64,000 nucleotides of DNA from Azolla caroliniana. Its lineage: Eukaryota > Plantae > Polypodiophyta. Under the pieces are notes generated by a model. The model was not told where the DNA came from, did no database searches, and worked only from the letters and a program-made list of their open reading frames with translations. Each line of letters starts with the position of its first letter. The first letter of the stretch is position 1. The stretch spans positions 14,508,001-14,572,000 of the forward strand of contig JBHGNT010000005.1 of assembly GCA_043228905.1 (NCBI GenBank), in the 5' to 3' direction. The translations under genes were made by a program, and so were the position numbers. Below, one piece after another: positions 38,607 to 50,900 of this stretch.

Positions 38607-38929
38607 CTGCTCACACTTCGCATCAAAATGAGCAACAACCTACAGCCAGCAACACTAAACAGTTTGCCCTAAGTCATATTTATACACATATGACTTTCGG
38701 ACTATTTACAAACATAGCCACAGAGGGCTCTTGGAAAACATATTCACAAATATGTCCCCACATCCGGTGAGTACTCTCACCGGGCCTGTATCTTCATCCG
38801 GTTCCGTAACCGGGTACTCTTCATCCGGCTTCATGCCGGGTACTCTTCATCCTCTGGTTCCGTAACCGTAACCGGGCTTGCCGTCATTCATCTCCGGACA
38901 TCCCATCCGGAGGGACCGAAATCCCAACA
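33570..38929 (-). mobile_element. Intact Ty1/copia element (Tnt1/Tork-like)
   Basis: 621-bp LTRs 33570-34190 and 38309-38929 (~3 differences seen); TSD CGATT; iMet PBS 38294-38305; PPT TGAAGGGGGAG. Confidence 0.97.
34201..38277 (-). CDS. Intact copia Gag-Pol polyprotein (1358 aa from MEGGGSG)
   Basis: Uninterrupted ORF; CFHCGKPGHF, WVVDSGAS, HKRLCH..CTDC, ADNGGEY, YVDDML, CDSQSAI, DMLTK. Confidence 0.95.
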   Translation of the reverse strand: MEGGGSGPPGMMVLNSQNYADWKIKMEDLLIVRDLYEPIDNAEIPKGVIESEWKLLNRKAVATIRQYVDKGVLQHVANDTNAYEMWKKLSGLYERKNALNRTSLMRKIVNLKYRDGENMVEHVSTFMGFVNQLAAIKFPLEDAMQAIILMCTLPESWENLVVTLSTSYTEDNLSLQTVKTSILNEEARRRDKEPASDSKALLTESERGRQWNRSPQRREKSGTRSQSRGRPTCFHCGKPGHFRKNCRHYRKDNGADDTDSKKSPERNGAYRGVTDRRGSDRRGQDRKGTTALAASEEEIMLITEERELNLAGEEMTWVVDSGASFHLTPEKKYFSSYTAGEHGCVRMGNEGTCRIAGIGDVWLMTSTGCKMLLKDVRHVPEVRLNLISAGRLDDEGYMGSIRNGVMKFSKGSLIVARARKVNTLYLMNSRLCPEELNVAADTAGELWHKRLCHMSEKGMKRLAEDNLIPVKQVHLEKCTDCLAGKQNRTSFHSRPPTRRSAPLELVHTDVCQVETKSHGGAQYFVTFIDDHSRKLWTAPLKTKDQVLCVFKELHARVERESGKKLKAIRADNGGEYRGQFQEYCRSKGIRLEFTVPKTPELNGLAERMNRTIMERVRSMLAHAKLPKGFWAEAMSTATYVINRSPSVPLDGDTPQKVWTGKEVSYRHLKVFGCLAYVHVAKDRRGKLDPKTRPCIFLGYGNDEFGYRVWDPVDKKIFRSRDIIFMEDKTLADWESEKKMKSSKSTGEDQLYEEQSRPARDRLALEDPAEDGEETEPAEEDENDTGTGPDPEMDSDEEEESEEPVTEAPERRYPLRERRAPRRFPEPEHVLLTDEGEPESFEEAKHDTQSRRWLSAMQYEMDSLHENHTYELVELPKGKRALRNKWVFKLKPGDAGNPPRYKARIVVKGFQQKKGVDFDEIFAPVVKMTSIRTVLSIAASMDLEVEQMDVKTAFLHGDLDEEIYMQQPEGFEKKGKEHLVCRLKKSLYGLKQAPRQWYRKFDSFMTDEGYLKTQSDHCVFVKKFEGGDFLILLLYVDDMLIVGRDQVKIRMLKKALHRTFSMKDLGPARQILGMHIIRDRKKKQLWLSQEKYVTKVLHRFNMSEARPVGSTLPANCKLSSKQSPKTKAEKEDMMKVPYASAVGSLMYAMVCTRPDIGYAVGVVSRYMSNPGKEHWNAAKWILRYLKGTANVCLRFGSGKPELDGFTDSDMSADADTSRSTSGYVMTYAGGAVSWQSRLQKTVALSTTEAEYMAAVEAGKEIIWMKDFIRELGIRQEEYRLYCDSQSAIHLAKNAAYHSRTKHIQRRYHWIRERIEDKEFVLTKIHTDENGSDMLTKVLTPDKLEACRKRIGLERHPMPK

Positions 38930-38934
38930 CGATT

Positions 38935-41840
38935 TACAACCGGGAAAAGAGCCGCCATGGGGACCGATCTACAATTTGTCACCAACCGAGCTGGAAGTCC
39001 TTTGGGCCTATATAGAGGAGAATTTGGAAAATGGTTTCATTCGGGATTCGAAATCTCCAGCCGGTGCGCCCATTTTCTTCGTCAAGAAAAAAGATGGATC
39101 GCTTCGTCTCGTTGTAGATTACCGTGGCTTGAATAAGGTTACAATCAGGAATAGGTATGCTCTTCCCCTTATCTCAAGTCTTTTAGAACGGATCAATGGT
39201 GCCAGGTTCTTCACGAAGATCGACTTACGGGGAGCATATAACCTCGTACGGATCCGACCAGGAGACGAATGGAAGACCGCGTTTCGCACCAGATATGGGC
39301 ACTTCGAGTATACTGTCATGCCGTTCGGCCTCACTAATGCGCCGGCAGTCTTCCAGCACATGACTAATGATATATTCCGAGATCTATTGGATGATTGTTT
39401 GATCATCTATTTGGATGATCTACTGGTTTATTCAAAGACCCAAGAAGAACATGATTCTCATGTACTATTAGTACTAAAACGACTTCGAGAACATGGTCTG
39501 TATGCAAAGCTAGAAAAATGTAGTTTCGGGTGCAACCAAGTGGAATTTCTCGGCTACATCATTTCGTCAGAAGGCATCTCCATGGACCCAGCTAAGGTCA
39601 GAACGGTGGTAGAATGGCAGACTCCGCGTTCGGTACGGGATGTGCAATGCTTCTTAGGCTTTGCCAATTTTTACCGGAAGTTCATACAGGATTACTCAAA
39701 GATCGTTCTACCTCTCACACAACTTACCAGGAAGGGACAACCGTTCACCTGGTCTGAAGAAACGGACATGGCTTTCGAGAGTCTTAAAAAAGCATTTACA
39801 TCGGCTCCAATTCTAGCTCATGTCGATCCGGAGAAACCATTCATTATCGAAGCTGACGCATCGGATTTTGCATTGGGGAGCATTCTGTCACAACAGGGGA
39901 ATGATGAAAAGCTACATCCTGTGGCTTTTCACTCACACAAGTTTGATGCCGCCGAAATCAACTACGAAATCCATGATAAGGAGCTATTGGCAATAGTGGA
40001 TTCTTTTATGCAATGGAGGCATTTTCTGGAGGGATCCTCTCATCCAGTCACCGTATTTAGTGACCACAAGAATCTTGCCTACTTTCAGGATGCTCGTGTG
40101 TTGAATCGACGTCAAGCTCGGTGGGCCCACTTCCTCACGCGTTTCGACTTCAAAATTACATATCGTCCGGGGAGGCACCAAGGGAAGGCAGATGCATTAT
40201 CACGGCGTTCGTATCTAGCACCCCGTCCCGGCGAGCCAGCTTTCGATAACCAAAAACAAGTCATCTTGGGACCGGCACGATTACAAGCAACACAAATCTT
40301 TGACATGCCTATGGATTCCCGTGTTATCGATACCATACGTGAAGACTTGAAGACAGATGCGTTCGCCCAAGCTATACTAGCACAAATTGATCCCTCTCGA
40401 GCGTTGTGTTCACAGTCGCAACCACCAGGTACGGACTATCGGCAATTCAAATACCATGATGGATTACTCTTCTTTAAAGAACTTTTGTATGTTCCTAATG
40501 GTTCTTGCCGCCTTCGAGTAGTACAAAACTGTCATGACACATATACAGCTGGGCATTTTGGTAGTACTAAAACATTACATTTAGTACAACGATCATTCTG
40601 GTGGCCCTGTATGCGACAATTTGTCGAGGATTTTGTTCGGACTTGTGATACATGTTGCAGAGCGAAAATGCCAAGGCATCATCCATATGGTTTATTAGAA
40701 CCATTATCAATTCCAAGCAAGCCGTGGCAATCCATTGCTCTAGACTTCATCACAGATCTTCCAGTCTCTAAGGGGTTCAATGCGATTCTAACGGTGGTCG
40801 ATCGATATACGAAGATGGCTCATTTCTTGCCATGTACTAAGGAGATCTCCAGTGAAGACACTGCCGAAATTGTCATGCGTGAAGTATGTCGGCATCATGG
40901 ACTCCCCGATAGTATCATCAGCGACCGTGGACCCCAGTTCGTGTCAAAATTCTGGAAGCACCTTTTTAACATGCTCAAGGTCACTTGTAACCTCTCTTCT
41001 GGCTACCACCCACAAACTGACGGCCAAGCTGAACGAACAAATCAAACGTTGGAGCAGTATCTGCGGTGCTTTCTCAGCTATCATCAGGACGACTGGGCAG
41101 ATATTCTCCACTTCGCCGAATTTGCCTATAACAACTCTATCCACGCATCCACTAAAGTTACGCCATTTTATGCTTATACGGGATGTCACCCCCGATGGAG
41201 TGTACTTGAAACCCCAGAGGTGTCCACAAATCCGTGCGCGGAGGATCGTTTGGAGCGGTTACGCAAGATACAAGCGGATTTATCTACTCATCTCCAGCAA
41301 GCTCAACAAACACACAAGGTCTACGCGGATCGTCATCGACTTCCATCTAGTTTTAATATTGGAGATCGGGTGTGGTTGCTACGACGACACATCAAGACTA
41401 CTCGCCCATGTGAGAAGTTGGATTATCGGCGATTAGGTCCTTTCCGTATTATTGGAAAGATTAATGATGTTGCTTTTCGTCTCGATCTACCTCCTCAACT
41501 TCGGATACATCCGGTGTTTCATAGTTCTCTCTTCGAACCCTACCACAAGAGCACCATCCCAGAACGTCTTATCCAACCTCCACCCCCGATCGAGCTTGAA
41601 GATGGGCCGGAGTACGAGGTTGCCGCCATTCTTGATTCCAAGATTGTTCGCAACAAGCTCTACTATCTAGTCGATTGGCTAGGCTATAGTCCCAACGAAC
41701 GTACTTGGGAACCGATCGAGAATGTAACCAATGCTCGTGCTCTTCTTGAAGACTTCCATCGTCAATATCCACACAAACCGGGTCCTCAATCCAAGACGAC
41801 TCGTGACACTCGTCGTTTTAAAGGGGGGATAGTGTCATGA
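38935..41840 (+). CDS. pol: Pol C-terminal part: RT, RNase H, integrase, chromodomain
   Basis: [30 protein letters not shown]...YLVDWLGY...TWEP; stop codon lies inside the 3' LTR. Confidence 0.93.
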
Positions 41841-42459
41841 TATGGCAAGACTCGAACCCATGACCTTAGGTTATATGGGTCGAGCTCTTGACCATTAGAC
41901 CATCTATTGTAATACGTAGGATATTATTTTCATTTACATTTTATTATAGGAAATTAGTGTATATTCCAGATTTCTCTGGAACATTCTAGAAGCTTCAGGA
42001 TTACTCCTGAAAACACTATAAAAGAGGGCACTAGGCATTATGTTGAACCAAATTGGTTCAACGCCAGTCTTAAGCCTTTTAGCCACCGTTGTATATTCTC
42101 TTCATATAATAAATATCTTTCTTATCATCACTCTCTCACTCTCTCTCTCTCTCTCTCTTTCTCTCTGTCTCGCTCACTTCTTCCTTCTCTCGAAGAAGTT
42201 CCACACCTCTCATAGTACTAATCCTTCGTTTAGTACTAATTCCTTCTCTGTCTCAGTACTGTTCATGACAGTATGTTTCAGTTACAAAAACCCCAAACAT
42301 TTGTTTTTTCTTTTTGACTACTGTCTGAACTTTGGTGCCGATTCATATTTCCCCAAAATCGAATAGGGCGAAGTCCTTGGAGTCCTATACAAGGATGTCT
42401 CGCAAATAGGGGAGTAGTAGCAGGTGTGTTTATATTACTTTTTTTGTGTTTAATCCTGT

Positions 42460-42970
42460 CTTTAGTGATGATTGGGGTTTCTGATTGAAATTTCTGATTA
42501 GGGTTTTTGTTTATAAATTTCTGATTAGGGTTTGTGATTGAAATTTTTTATTACGGTTTCTAATTGAAATTTCTGATTAGGGTTTTTTATTATAAATTTC
42601 TGATTAGAATTTTTGAATAGGGTTTCTGGCTACAAATTTTGATTACAGATTAGAATTTCTGAATAGGGTTTTTGTTTATAAATTTCTGTTTAGGATTTCT
42701 GATTAGGGTTTGTGATTGAAATTTCTGATTGAAATTTCTGATTAGGGTTTTTGATTATAAATTTCTGATTAGAATTTCTGAATAGGGTTTCTGGTTACAA
42801 ACTTCTGATTACAGATTTGGATTAGGGTTTCTGATTTCAAACTTCTGATTACAGATTTTGATTAGGGTTTCTGATTTCAAATTTCTGAATACAAATTATG
42901 ATTAGGGTTTTTAATTTGCTAAGTTAAAGATTTTGCACCATTTTTGTTGTTGATTGGGGTTTCTGATTCT
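42460..42970 (+). repeat. Degenerate tandem repeat rich in TTAGGGTTT / TTTCTGATT inside a probable 5'-UTR intron (42424-43019)
   Basis: About a dozen (T)TAGGGTTT motifs; CAG|GTGTG donor and TTTCAG|ATG acceptor. Confidence 0.6.
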
Positions 42971-43019
42971 CACATATTCTGATTTTGCACTATTTCTGAT
43001 TTCTGAAATGATATTTCAG

Positions 43020-44229
43020 ATGGCTCGTTCCTCCATATACGAGAGTCCTAACTTCGCAAAATTTTGCGAGACAAAGGAGGACTTCCACAACACCTATGGT
43101 CTGTCACTCGAGGGTGTTGACCCTGCTGTCCTAAGTGATAAATTGATCAGTGATGTAGACTGGATGACAGTATATACAGTGCCTAGAGTCAAAGGCAAGG
43201 TCAAGCTGAAGCATGTACGAGCCGAGCCGACTTGTACGATGACTGTATGAGGCTGCACCAGAAAGTTCATCAGGAGATCCCAGTCAACAATGAGTTGTCA
43301 GTTTCATTTGCTAGAGCATTTGCATATGAGTACTGCAAAACAGTGAAGGAATCCAGAGACCCTGAAATGTATAGGGTAGCTTGGGCAGTCTATGGTGAGG
43401 CATCGGTAAAAAGATGCCAAAAGATGGGGACCTTGGCACAAAAAATAGACAAATTTTGGAGCATGGCAGATGTTGATGCAACTGCTGACTCCCAGCAAGA
43501 CCGGGGGCATACACCACACCGACACCCAAGGAAAGCCAATGTCAATGATAGAGGTGAGACATTGGTTAGCTATATGCTAAAAAATGTCCATGAAGCTTGT
43601 GAGACATTGGCATTTTTTAAGACTGATTTAGAGAAAACCACAATGGCTTCTGCAATGGAGAGCAAAGTTACTTCCGCTGTTACAACGATTAGAAATAAGA
43701 TTCAGGTAACTATTGTTTTGCTGGTATGTGATTGTGTTATAAATAACTTTAAGGGTAAAATGTGCTAATCAAGCATTATCTAGAATAGGTTGCGCAACAA
43801 GAGCTTGAATTAGAGGGGCCACTGGATCCCCAACGTAAAATATAACTGCAAATAGAGATCCAGGTTCTTTCAATGAACCTGGACCTTCTAGGTGTAAATA
43901 TTGTTGCTGATTACAATTTGGATAAGCTTCAAGTAGTTAACGATTCCTGAGCAAAGTTGGTGTATCTTTCAACAACAGGAATAATTAATCGGTAAATTTC
44001 TCTGTTGTGTTGAAGGAACAATACATTCATCAAGAACAGGTAGTTAGCTGCCTTAAGAAGCAGCTACATTTTGTGGAGGGAATGGTAAGGACCAGACAGG
44101 ATTTGGACCTGAACATTCTTGCTCCCTCACCAAATGAAGCAGAACCAGAAAATGATTTATTGACAGTTCAAGCACGTTGCATCGCTTGCGGGTTAGGTGT
44201 GGAGGACAAAACTGCGTCTTTGTTGGTTC
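43020..44229 (+). pseudogene. Sola accessory gene, 5' exons (unknown domain, coiled region, first half of RING finger)
   Basis: ATG directly after acceptor; ORFs 42954/43232/44007 linked by one frameshift and probable short introns; ends CIACGLGVEDKTASLLV at the copia insertion. Confidence 0.6.
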
Positions 44230-44306
44230 TGTTGGGATTTCGGTCCCTCCGGATGGGATGTCCGGAAATGAATGACGGCAAGCCCAGTTGCGTTTACGGA
44301 ACCGGA

Positions 44307-44613
44307 GGATGAAGAGTACCCGGCATGAAGCCGGATGAAGAAGACCCCGGCTACGGAGCCGGATGATGAAGACCCCGGCTACGGAGCCGGATGATGAAGA
44401 CCCGGCATGAAGCCGGATGAAGAAGACCCCGGCTACGGAGCCGGATGATGAAGACCCGGCATGAAGCCGGATGAAGAAGACCCCGGCTACGGAGCCGGAT
44501 GATGAAGACCCCGGCTACGGAGCCGGATGATGAAGACCCCGGCTACGGAGCCGGATGAAGAAGACCCCGGCTACGGAGCCGGATGATGAAGACCCCGGCT
44601 ACGGAGCCGGATG
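44307..44613 (+). repeat. 26/28-bp CCGG-rich tandem array in LTR U3 (~11 units; ~9 units at 54914-55166)
   Basis: GAAGACCCCGGCTACGGAGCCGGATGAT and GAAGACCCGGCATGAAGCCGGATGAA units. Confidence 0.9.
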
Positions 44614-45080
44614 CGGGGACATATTTGTGAATATGTTTGCCAAGGGCCCTTGAGGCTATATTTGTAAATAGCCCGAAAGTCATATGTGTATAAATATGAC
44701 TTAGGGCAAACAGTTTGTTGTTGTTGCTCACTTTTCTGTTTTCCACGAAGAGGGAGCGAAGTGAGAGCAGCCGAGAGAGAGAGACGAAGAGGTCGTTGCC
44801 TCTGTGTATTACCGCCGCCTGTGGCGAAGATAGTGGAGCTCAAGGTTGTTGCCTTGTAGCTTCACCATTGTACATCTCTGTTTTAGTGATAGTTGGAGTT
44901 TGAGGACTCCCGTGGTTTTTTCCCATTTAGGGTTTTCCACGTAAAACATCCAGTGTACTCTTCTCTCTATTGTCTTCGTGCATTTTGTATTTCCTGTTTT
45001 CTGCGAGTAGATCCTATTCCTCGGTTGTGGCCGAGCGCTGTCTCGAACAAAGTGGTATCAGAGCGACGGTAACACAGAAA

Positions 45081-46254
45081 ATGGAAGGCGGCGGTAGTGG
45101 GCCTCCGGGCATGATGGTGTTGAACTCACAGAACTACGCCGACTGGAAGATAAAGATGGAAGACCTTCTCATCGTCCGAGACCTGTACGAACCGATCGAC
45201 AATGCCGAGATACCCAAGGGGGTAATAGAGTCGGAGTGGAAGCTCCTGAACCGGAAAGCCGTAGCGACGATCCGGCAATATGTCGATGTAAGTGTTCTAC
45301 AACATGTGGCGAACGATACGAACGCCTATGAGATGTGGCGGAAGCTGTCGGGCCTCTACGAGAGGAAGAATGCGTTGAACCGGACCTCCCTGATGAGGAA
45401 GATAGTGAACCTCAAGTACCGGGACGGCGAGAGTATGGTTGAACACGTAAGCACGTTCATGGGATTCGTGAACCAGCTTGCGGCGATTAAGTTCCCGCTG
45501 GAGGATGCAATGCAAGCCATCATTCTGATGTGTACATTGCCGGAAAGCTGGGAGAACTTGGTGGTGACTCTCAGCACCTCCTGCACCGAAGATAACTTGT
45601 CCTTACAAACGGTAAAGACAAGCATTTTGAACGAAGAAGCGCGTCGGAGAGATAAAGAACCGGCCTCCGACTCGAAGGCGCTGCTTACCGAATCGGATCG
45701 GGGAAGACAATGGAACCGGAGTCCGCAAAGACGGGAGAAGTCGGGGACCCGGTCGCAGTCAAGAGGAAGGCCCACATGCTTCCACTGTGGGAAGCCGGGG
45801 CACTTCCGGAAGAATTGTCGGCATTACCGAAAGGACAACGGAGCCGACGACATCGATTCGAAGAAGTCACCGGAGAGAAACGGTGCATACCGGGGAGCCA
45901 CGGACCGGAGAGGTCCGGATCGGCGAGGGCAGGACCGGAAAGGAACGACGGCACTCGCGGCAAGTGAAGAAGAGATAATGCTCATCACCGAAGAAGGTGA
46001 ACTAAACATTGCCGGCGATGAGACTACCTGGGTGGTCGATTCCGGAGCGTCGTTCCACCTGACCCCGGAAAGAAGATACTTCTCATCCTACACAGCCGGT
46101 GAGCATGGCTGTGTTCGGATGGGAAATGAAGGTACATGCCGGATTGCCGGCATAGGAGACGTGTGGCTGATGACATCAACCGGATGCAAGATGCTACTGA
46201 AGGATGTTTGACACGTTCCGGAGGTTCGATTGAACCTGATTTCGGCCGGGAGGC
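45081..46254 (+). pseudogene. Copia gag-protease with premature TGA at 46209-46211
   Basis: Near-identical to the intact copy; KDV*HVPEVR instead of KDVRHVPEVR. Confidence 0.9.
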
Positions 46255-46753
46255 TGTCATGAGATGGAAAGACTCGAACCCATGACCTTATGGTATATGG
46301 GTCGAGCTCTTAACCATCTCACCATCTATTGTAATTCATAGAATATTATTTTCATTTATGTTTTATTATAAGAAAGTAATGTATATTCCAGATTTCTCTG
46401 GAACATTCTAGAAGCTTCAGGATTATTCCTGAGAACACTATAAAAGAAGGCACTAAGCATTATGTTGAACCAAATTGGTTCAACACCAGTCTTAAGCCTC
46501 TTAGTCGATTTGTACTTATCTTTCATATAATATAAGAGCTGCTGTCATCATCCTATTTTCTCTCTCTCTCTCCTCTTCTCACTTCCTCTCTCTCGGGAAT
46601 CTTACGCAGTCCCGTCCTCTTAGTACTAATAGTACTACTCTTCTTAGTACTAATTCCATCTCTGTTTTAGTACTATTCCTGACAGTTTGAACCAATTTTT
46701 TCCTCTAGCCTACTTGTCACTCTCCCTCATCCTCCTACCCTTTCCCCTATACT

Positions 46754-47911
46754 ATGGCTACTGTTAGCGCCCAAGAATACCAATCCGTTTTCTCCGAGCT
46801 ACAGTGCCTAAAAGAAAAGTTTGTTGCCTTGGAACAAGAAAACCAACGGCTGATAGGGGATCTGCAACAAATCGCTCTAGAAAAACAACAAACGCAACAA
46901 CAACATGGGGAGTTAGCGTTACGGGTACAACAACTCGAAGCAGCGTTGCAACAACAAGGATCCAGTCCCCAAGGATTTCATAAAGAGCCCAAGATTGGAC
47001 TTCCTGTGAAATTTGATGGAACGCGTTCGCAATTTCGGGGATTCCTTAATCAGGTACGCTTAGTCATCCAGATGCATCCTTCCCGATATCCCACTGATGC
47101 ATCTCGAGTCGGCCTAATAGGCACGCTACTTAGCGGCTCAGCCTTGGCATGGTTCGCTCCGCTTCTAGAAAAACAATCGCCCTTGCTTAATAACTTTGAA
47201 GATTTTATTGGTGAGTTTAAAGCCTGCTTTGGAGACACCGACAGCATCAGGACGGCGATCAACAAGATCCGGCGATTGCGTCAAGGCGATCGTCCAGCCT
47301 CTGCCTACGCGGCGGATTTCCGCCTACTTGCTTCAGATATACCCTGGGATGATCAAGCACTAATGGAGCAGTTTCGCTATGGCTTGCGAAACGATGTCAA
47401 AGATCTACTTCTAACTTTCCCCGAAGAACCAAAGTCTCTTACGGAGGCAATCAGTCGAGCAGTTTGATGTGACAACCGCCTTTTTGAACGGCGTTCAGAA
47501 CGTCAATTACAGATACCACGCTCTAGGCCAGAGCCCACTTACGCCGCAGTCGCGGCTAAACCGTTTGCACGAGACATACCTCAAGCAAATACTTCGACAC
47601 CGATGGAGATCGATACCATGCGTCGACGCGGCCCGTTATCGGAAGAAGAAAAGCAACGACGACGTGCCAATCGATTATGCCTTTATTGCGGTGGACCAGG
47701 ACATATCGCCATCAATTGTCCCCATAGGCCAAGAAGACAGGTAAATCAAATTGTCGCCTGTACTAAACCTGAGTCAATTCTTCCCTTCGGAGTGTCTGAT
47801 AGTAGTAATAGTACTAATAGAGTGTCAGATAGTATTCATAGTACTAATAGCCCAAGTATCTCAAATAAATTTGAAATCCTTAGTCAATTAGATGAAGAGT
47901 TAAACGATTGA
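46754..47911 (+). pseudogene. gag: Gag with a single nonsense codon (47465-47467)
   Basis: RAV*CDN versus RAVRCDN in the paralog at 31740. Confidence 0.9.
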
Positions 47912-50900
47912 GTCCAGCCAAAATAGGAGCCATTTGGTTGGACAGCAGCCCTAGATCTGTACAGCCCATTAGTGGTTCCATTCCTTCCAAGCAAGTTAGC
48001 AATGTGTTCCTAGCCCAAGTCATTGTTAGTACTAAAAGTACTCCCCCAGTACCCGTCCTAGCACTTTTAGATTCCGGAGCTAATTCCTGTTTCATGGATC
48101 GAAATTTTGCCCAAGCTTCTCAGATATCCTTAAGAAAACTTCCTTGTCCCGCATCTGTAGTGGTCATTGATGGTCGTCCCATTGCTTCCGGGAATATTGT
48201 AGAAGAATCAGAACCCATTCAAGTTGTCCTAGGTAGTTTTGTGTGTATAATATCATTTAATATAATTAGTAGTCCAGAGCATCCCATTGTCCTAGGATTA
48301 CCTTGGCTTGAGTTACATAATCCAGCCATAGATTGGAGAACAAGAGAAGTCCGATATCGACCACCCCAAGAATCAACTCGCCGAGTTTCGACCATTTCAC
48401 TCCATCAACTACGCGAAGAAGGACCCAAGGAGGCAATGTTCCTATTTTCCATATCAGTACATCCTTCCAGCACTACTAAGAAGGACTCCTCAGTACAACT
48501 TCCGGCAAAATATCATCCTTATGCCGATGTATTTGACAAGGTAAAAGCCGGTACCCTTCCTCATCACCGTCCCTATGACTGTCCCATCGATTTACAACCA
48601 GGAACCGAGCCACCATGGGGACCAATTTACAACCTGTCACCCACCGAGTTAGAAGTCCTTCGAGCCTACATAGAGGAGAACTTGGCAAGCGGGTTCATCC
48701 GTCATTCGAAATCTCCGGCCGGTGCACCCATCTTCTTTGTCAAGAAGAAAGATGGCTCACTTCGTCTTGTCATTGATTACCGCGGATTAAATAAAGTCAC
48801 CATCCGGAATAGGTATGCACTTCCTCTTATATCAAGTCTTTTAGAGCGAGTTAATGGTGCCAAGTTTTTTACTAAAATCGACCTACGCGGAGCGTATAAT
48901 CTCGTGCGGATCCGACCGGGAGATGAGTGGAAGACCGCTTTTCGCACGCGGTATGGGCATTTTGAGTATACTGTTATGCCGTTTGGCCTAACCAATGCAC
49001 CCGCAGTCTTCCAACACATGGCAAATGATATATTCAGAGACCTCTTGGATATCTGTTTGATCATTTATCTGGATGATCTGTTGATTTATTCGAAGACCCA
49101 GGAAGAGCACGACTCTCATGTACTATTAGTACTAAAGCGACTCCGCGAGAATGGTCTTTATGCCAAGCTAGAAAAATGTAGCTTTGACTGCAAGCAAGTG
49201 GAATTTCTAGGCTACGTCATCTCCTCAAAGGGCATCGCCATGGATCCAGCTAAGATCCAAACTGTACTAGAGTGGCAAATTCCACGGTCGGTACGAGATG
49301 TACAATGTTTTCTAGGTTTTGCTAACTTCTACCGTAAGTTTATACAGGATTACTCGAAGATTATTTTACCTCTCACACAACTTACAAAGAAGGGCCAAGC
49401 ATTTCTTTGGTCCATTGAAGCAGATATGGCTTTTCGGCATCTTAAGAAAGCCTTTACATCAGCACCGATTCTAGCTCATGTGGATACAAGGAAACCATTC
49501 ATCATGGAGGCCGACGCATCAGATTTCGCCCTCGGTAGCATCCTTTCTCAACAAGGTGATAAAGAAGAGTTGCATCCGGTGGCTTTCCATTCGCGCAAAT
49601 TCGATGTCGCAGAAATCAACTACGAAATACATGACAAGGAGTTATTAGCCATCGTGGATTCATTTGTACAATGGCGGCATTTCTTAGAGGGCTCTCCACA
49701 TCAGGTCATTGTCTTCAGCGATCATAAAAATCTTGCTTATTTTCAGAACGCTCGTGTACTAAATCGACGGCAAGCTCGGTGGGCGCAATTCCTCACGCGT
49801 TTCGACTTCAAAATCACATATCGACCGGGGAAGCAGCAAGGAAAAGCAGATGCACTATCACGACGTTCATATCTTGCACCTCGTCCTGGTGAAGCAACAT
49901 TTGATAATCAAAAGCAAGTAATCTTGGGACCAACACGATTGCACACGACGCGGATTTTTCACACCCCGATGGATTCACGGATTACCGATGACATACGTGC
50001 AACCTTGAAGACGGATAGTTTTGCTCAAGACATCCTGGCGCACATTGATACTTCTCGGGCATCCTGTTCTCAGTCTCAACAACCAGGTATTGACTACCGA
50101 CAATTCGAATATCATGATGGTTTGTTATTCTTTAAAAAGCGCGTATATGTCCCCGATTGCTCCTGTCGCCTTCAAATTGTCCAACATTGTCACGACACCC
50201 ATACGGCGGGACATTTCGGTAGTACTAAGACGTTGGAGCTAGTGCAGCGATCTTTTTGGTGGCCCCACATGCGCCGTTTTGTCGACGACTACGTTCGGAC
50301 CTGTGATGCTTGCTGCCGAGCAAAGATGCCACGACACCGTCCATATGGCTTGTTGGAACCTTTACCAATTCCAAGTAAGCCATGGCAGTCTATTTGTCTT
50401 GATTTTATCACAGATCTGCCGGTCTCGAAAGGGTTCGATGCTATCCTAACCGTCGTCGATCGATATACGAAGATGGCACATTTTGTGCCATGTACTAAAG
50501 CCATCACTAGCGAGGAAACCGCCGCTCTTGTTATGCGTGAGGTTTTTCGGCATCATGGCCTCCCAGACAGTATTATCAGTGACCGAGGCCCGCAATTTGT
50601 CTCCAAATTTTGGCAGCATCTCTTCAAGATGCTCAAGGTCTCCTGCAACCTCTCCTCCGGCTACCATCCTCAGACCGACGGACAGGCGGAACGAACAAAC
50701 CAAACGCTGGAGCAATATCTCCGGTGTTTCCTGAGTTATCAACAGGACGATTGGGCCGAGATTCTCCACTTTGCGGAGTTTGCGTATAATAATGCTATTC
50801 ACTCCTCGACTCGGGTCTCCCCATTTTTCGCTTATACCGGTTTCCATCCTCGCTGGTCGGTGATCGACACTCCGGAGCTACCTACCAACCCTCGTGCCGA

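Larger units (their letters stand above)
31222..42270 (+). mobile_element. Ty3/gypsy chromovirus (Tcn1-like), young, interrupted by copia
   Basis: LTRs 31222-31665 and 41833-42270 with few differences; TSD GTATG; PPT AAAGGGGGGATAG; non-tRNA PBS. Confidence 0.97.

Noticed and set aside
42460-42970. Interstitial telomere
   Set aside because: No tandem (TTTAGGG)n; motifs are single and interspersed.
44307-44613. CRISPR-like 28-bp repeat array (also considered for the 83-bp and 20-bp arrays)
   Set aside because: Units are head-to-tail without unique spacers, lie inside eukaryotic transposons, and no cas genes are present.
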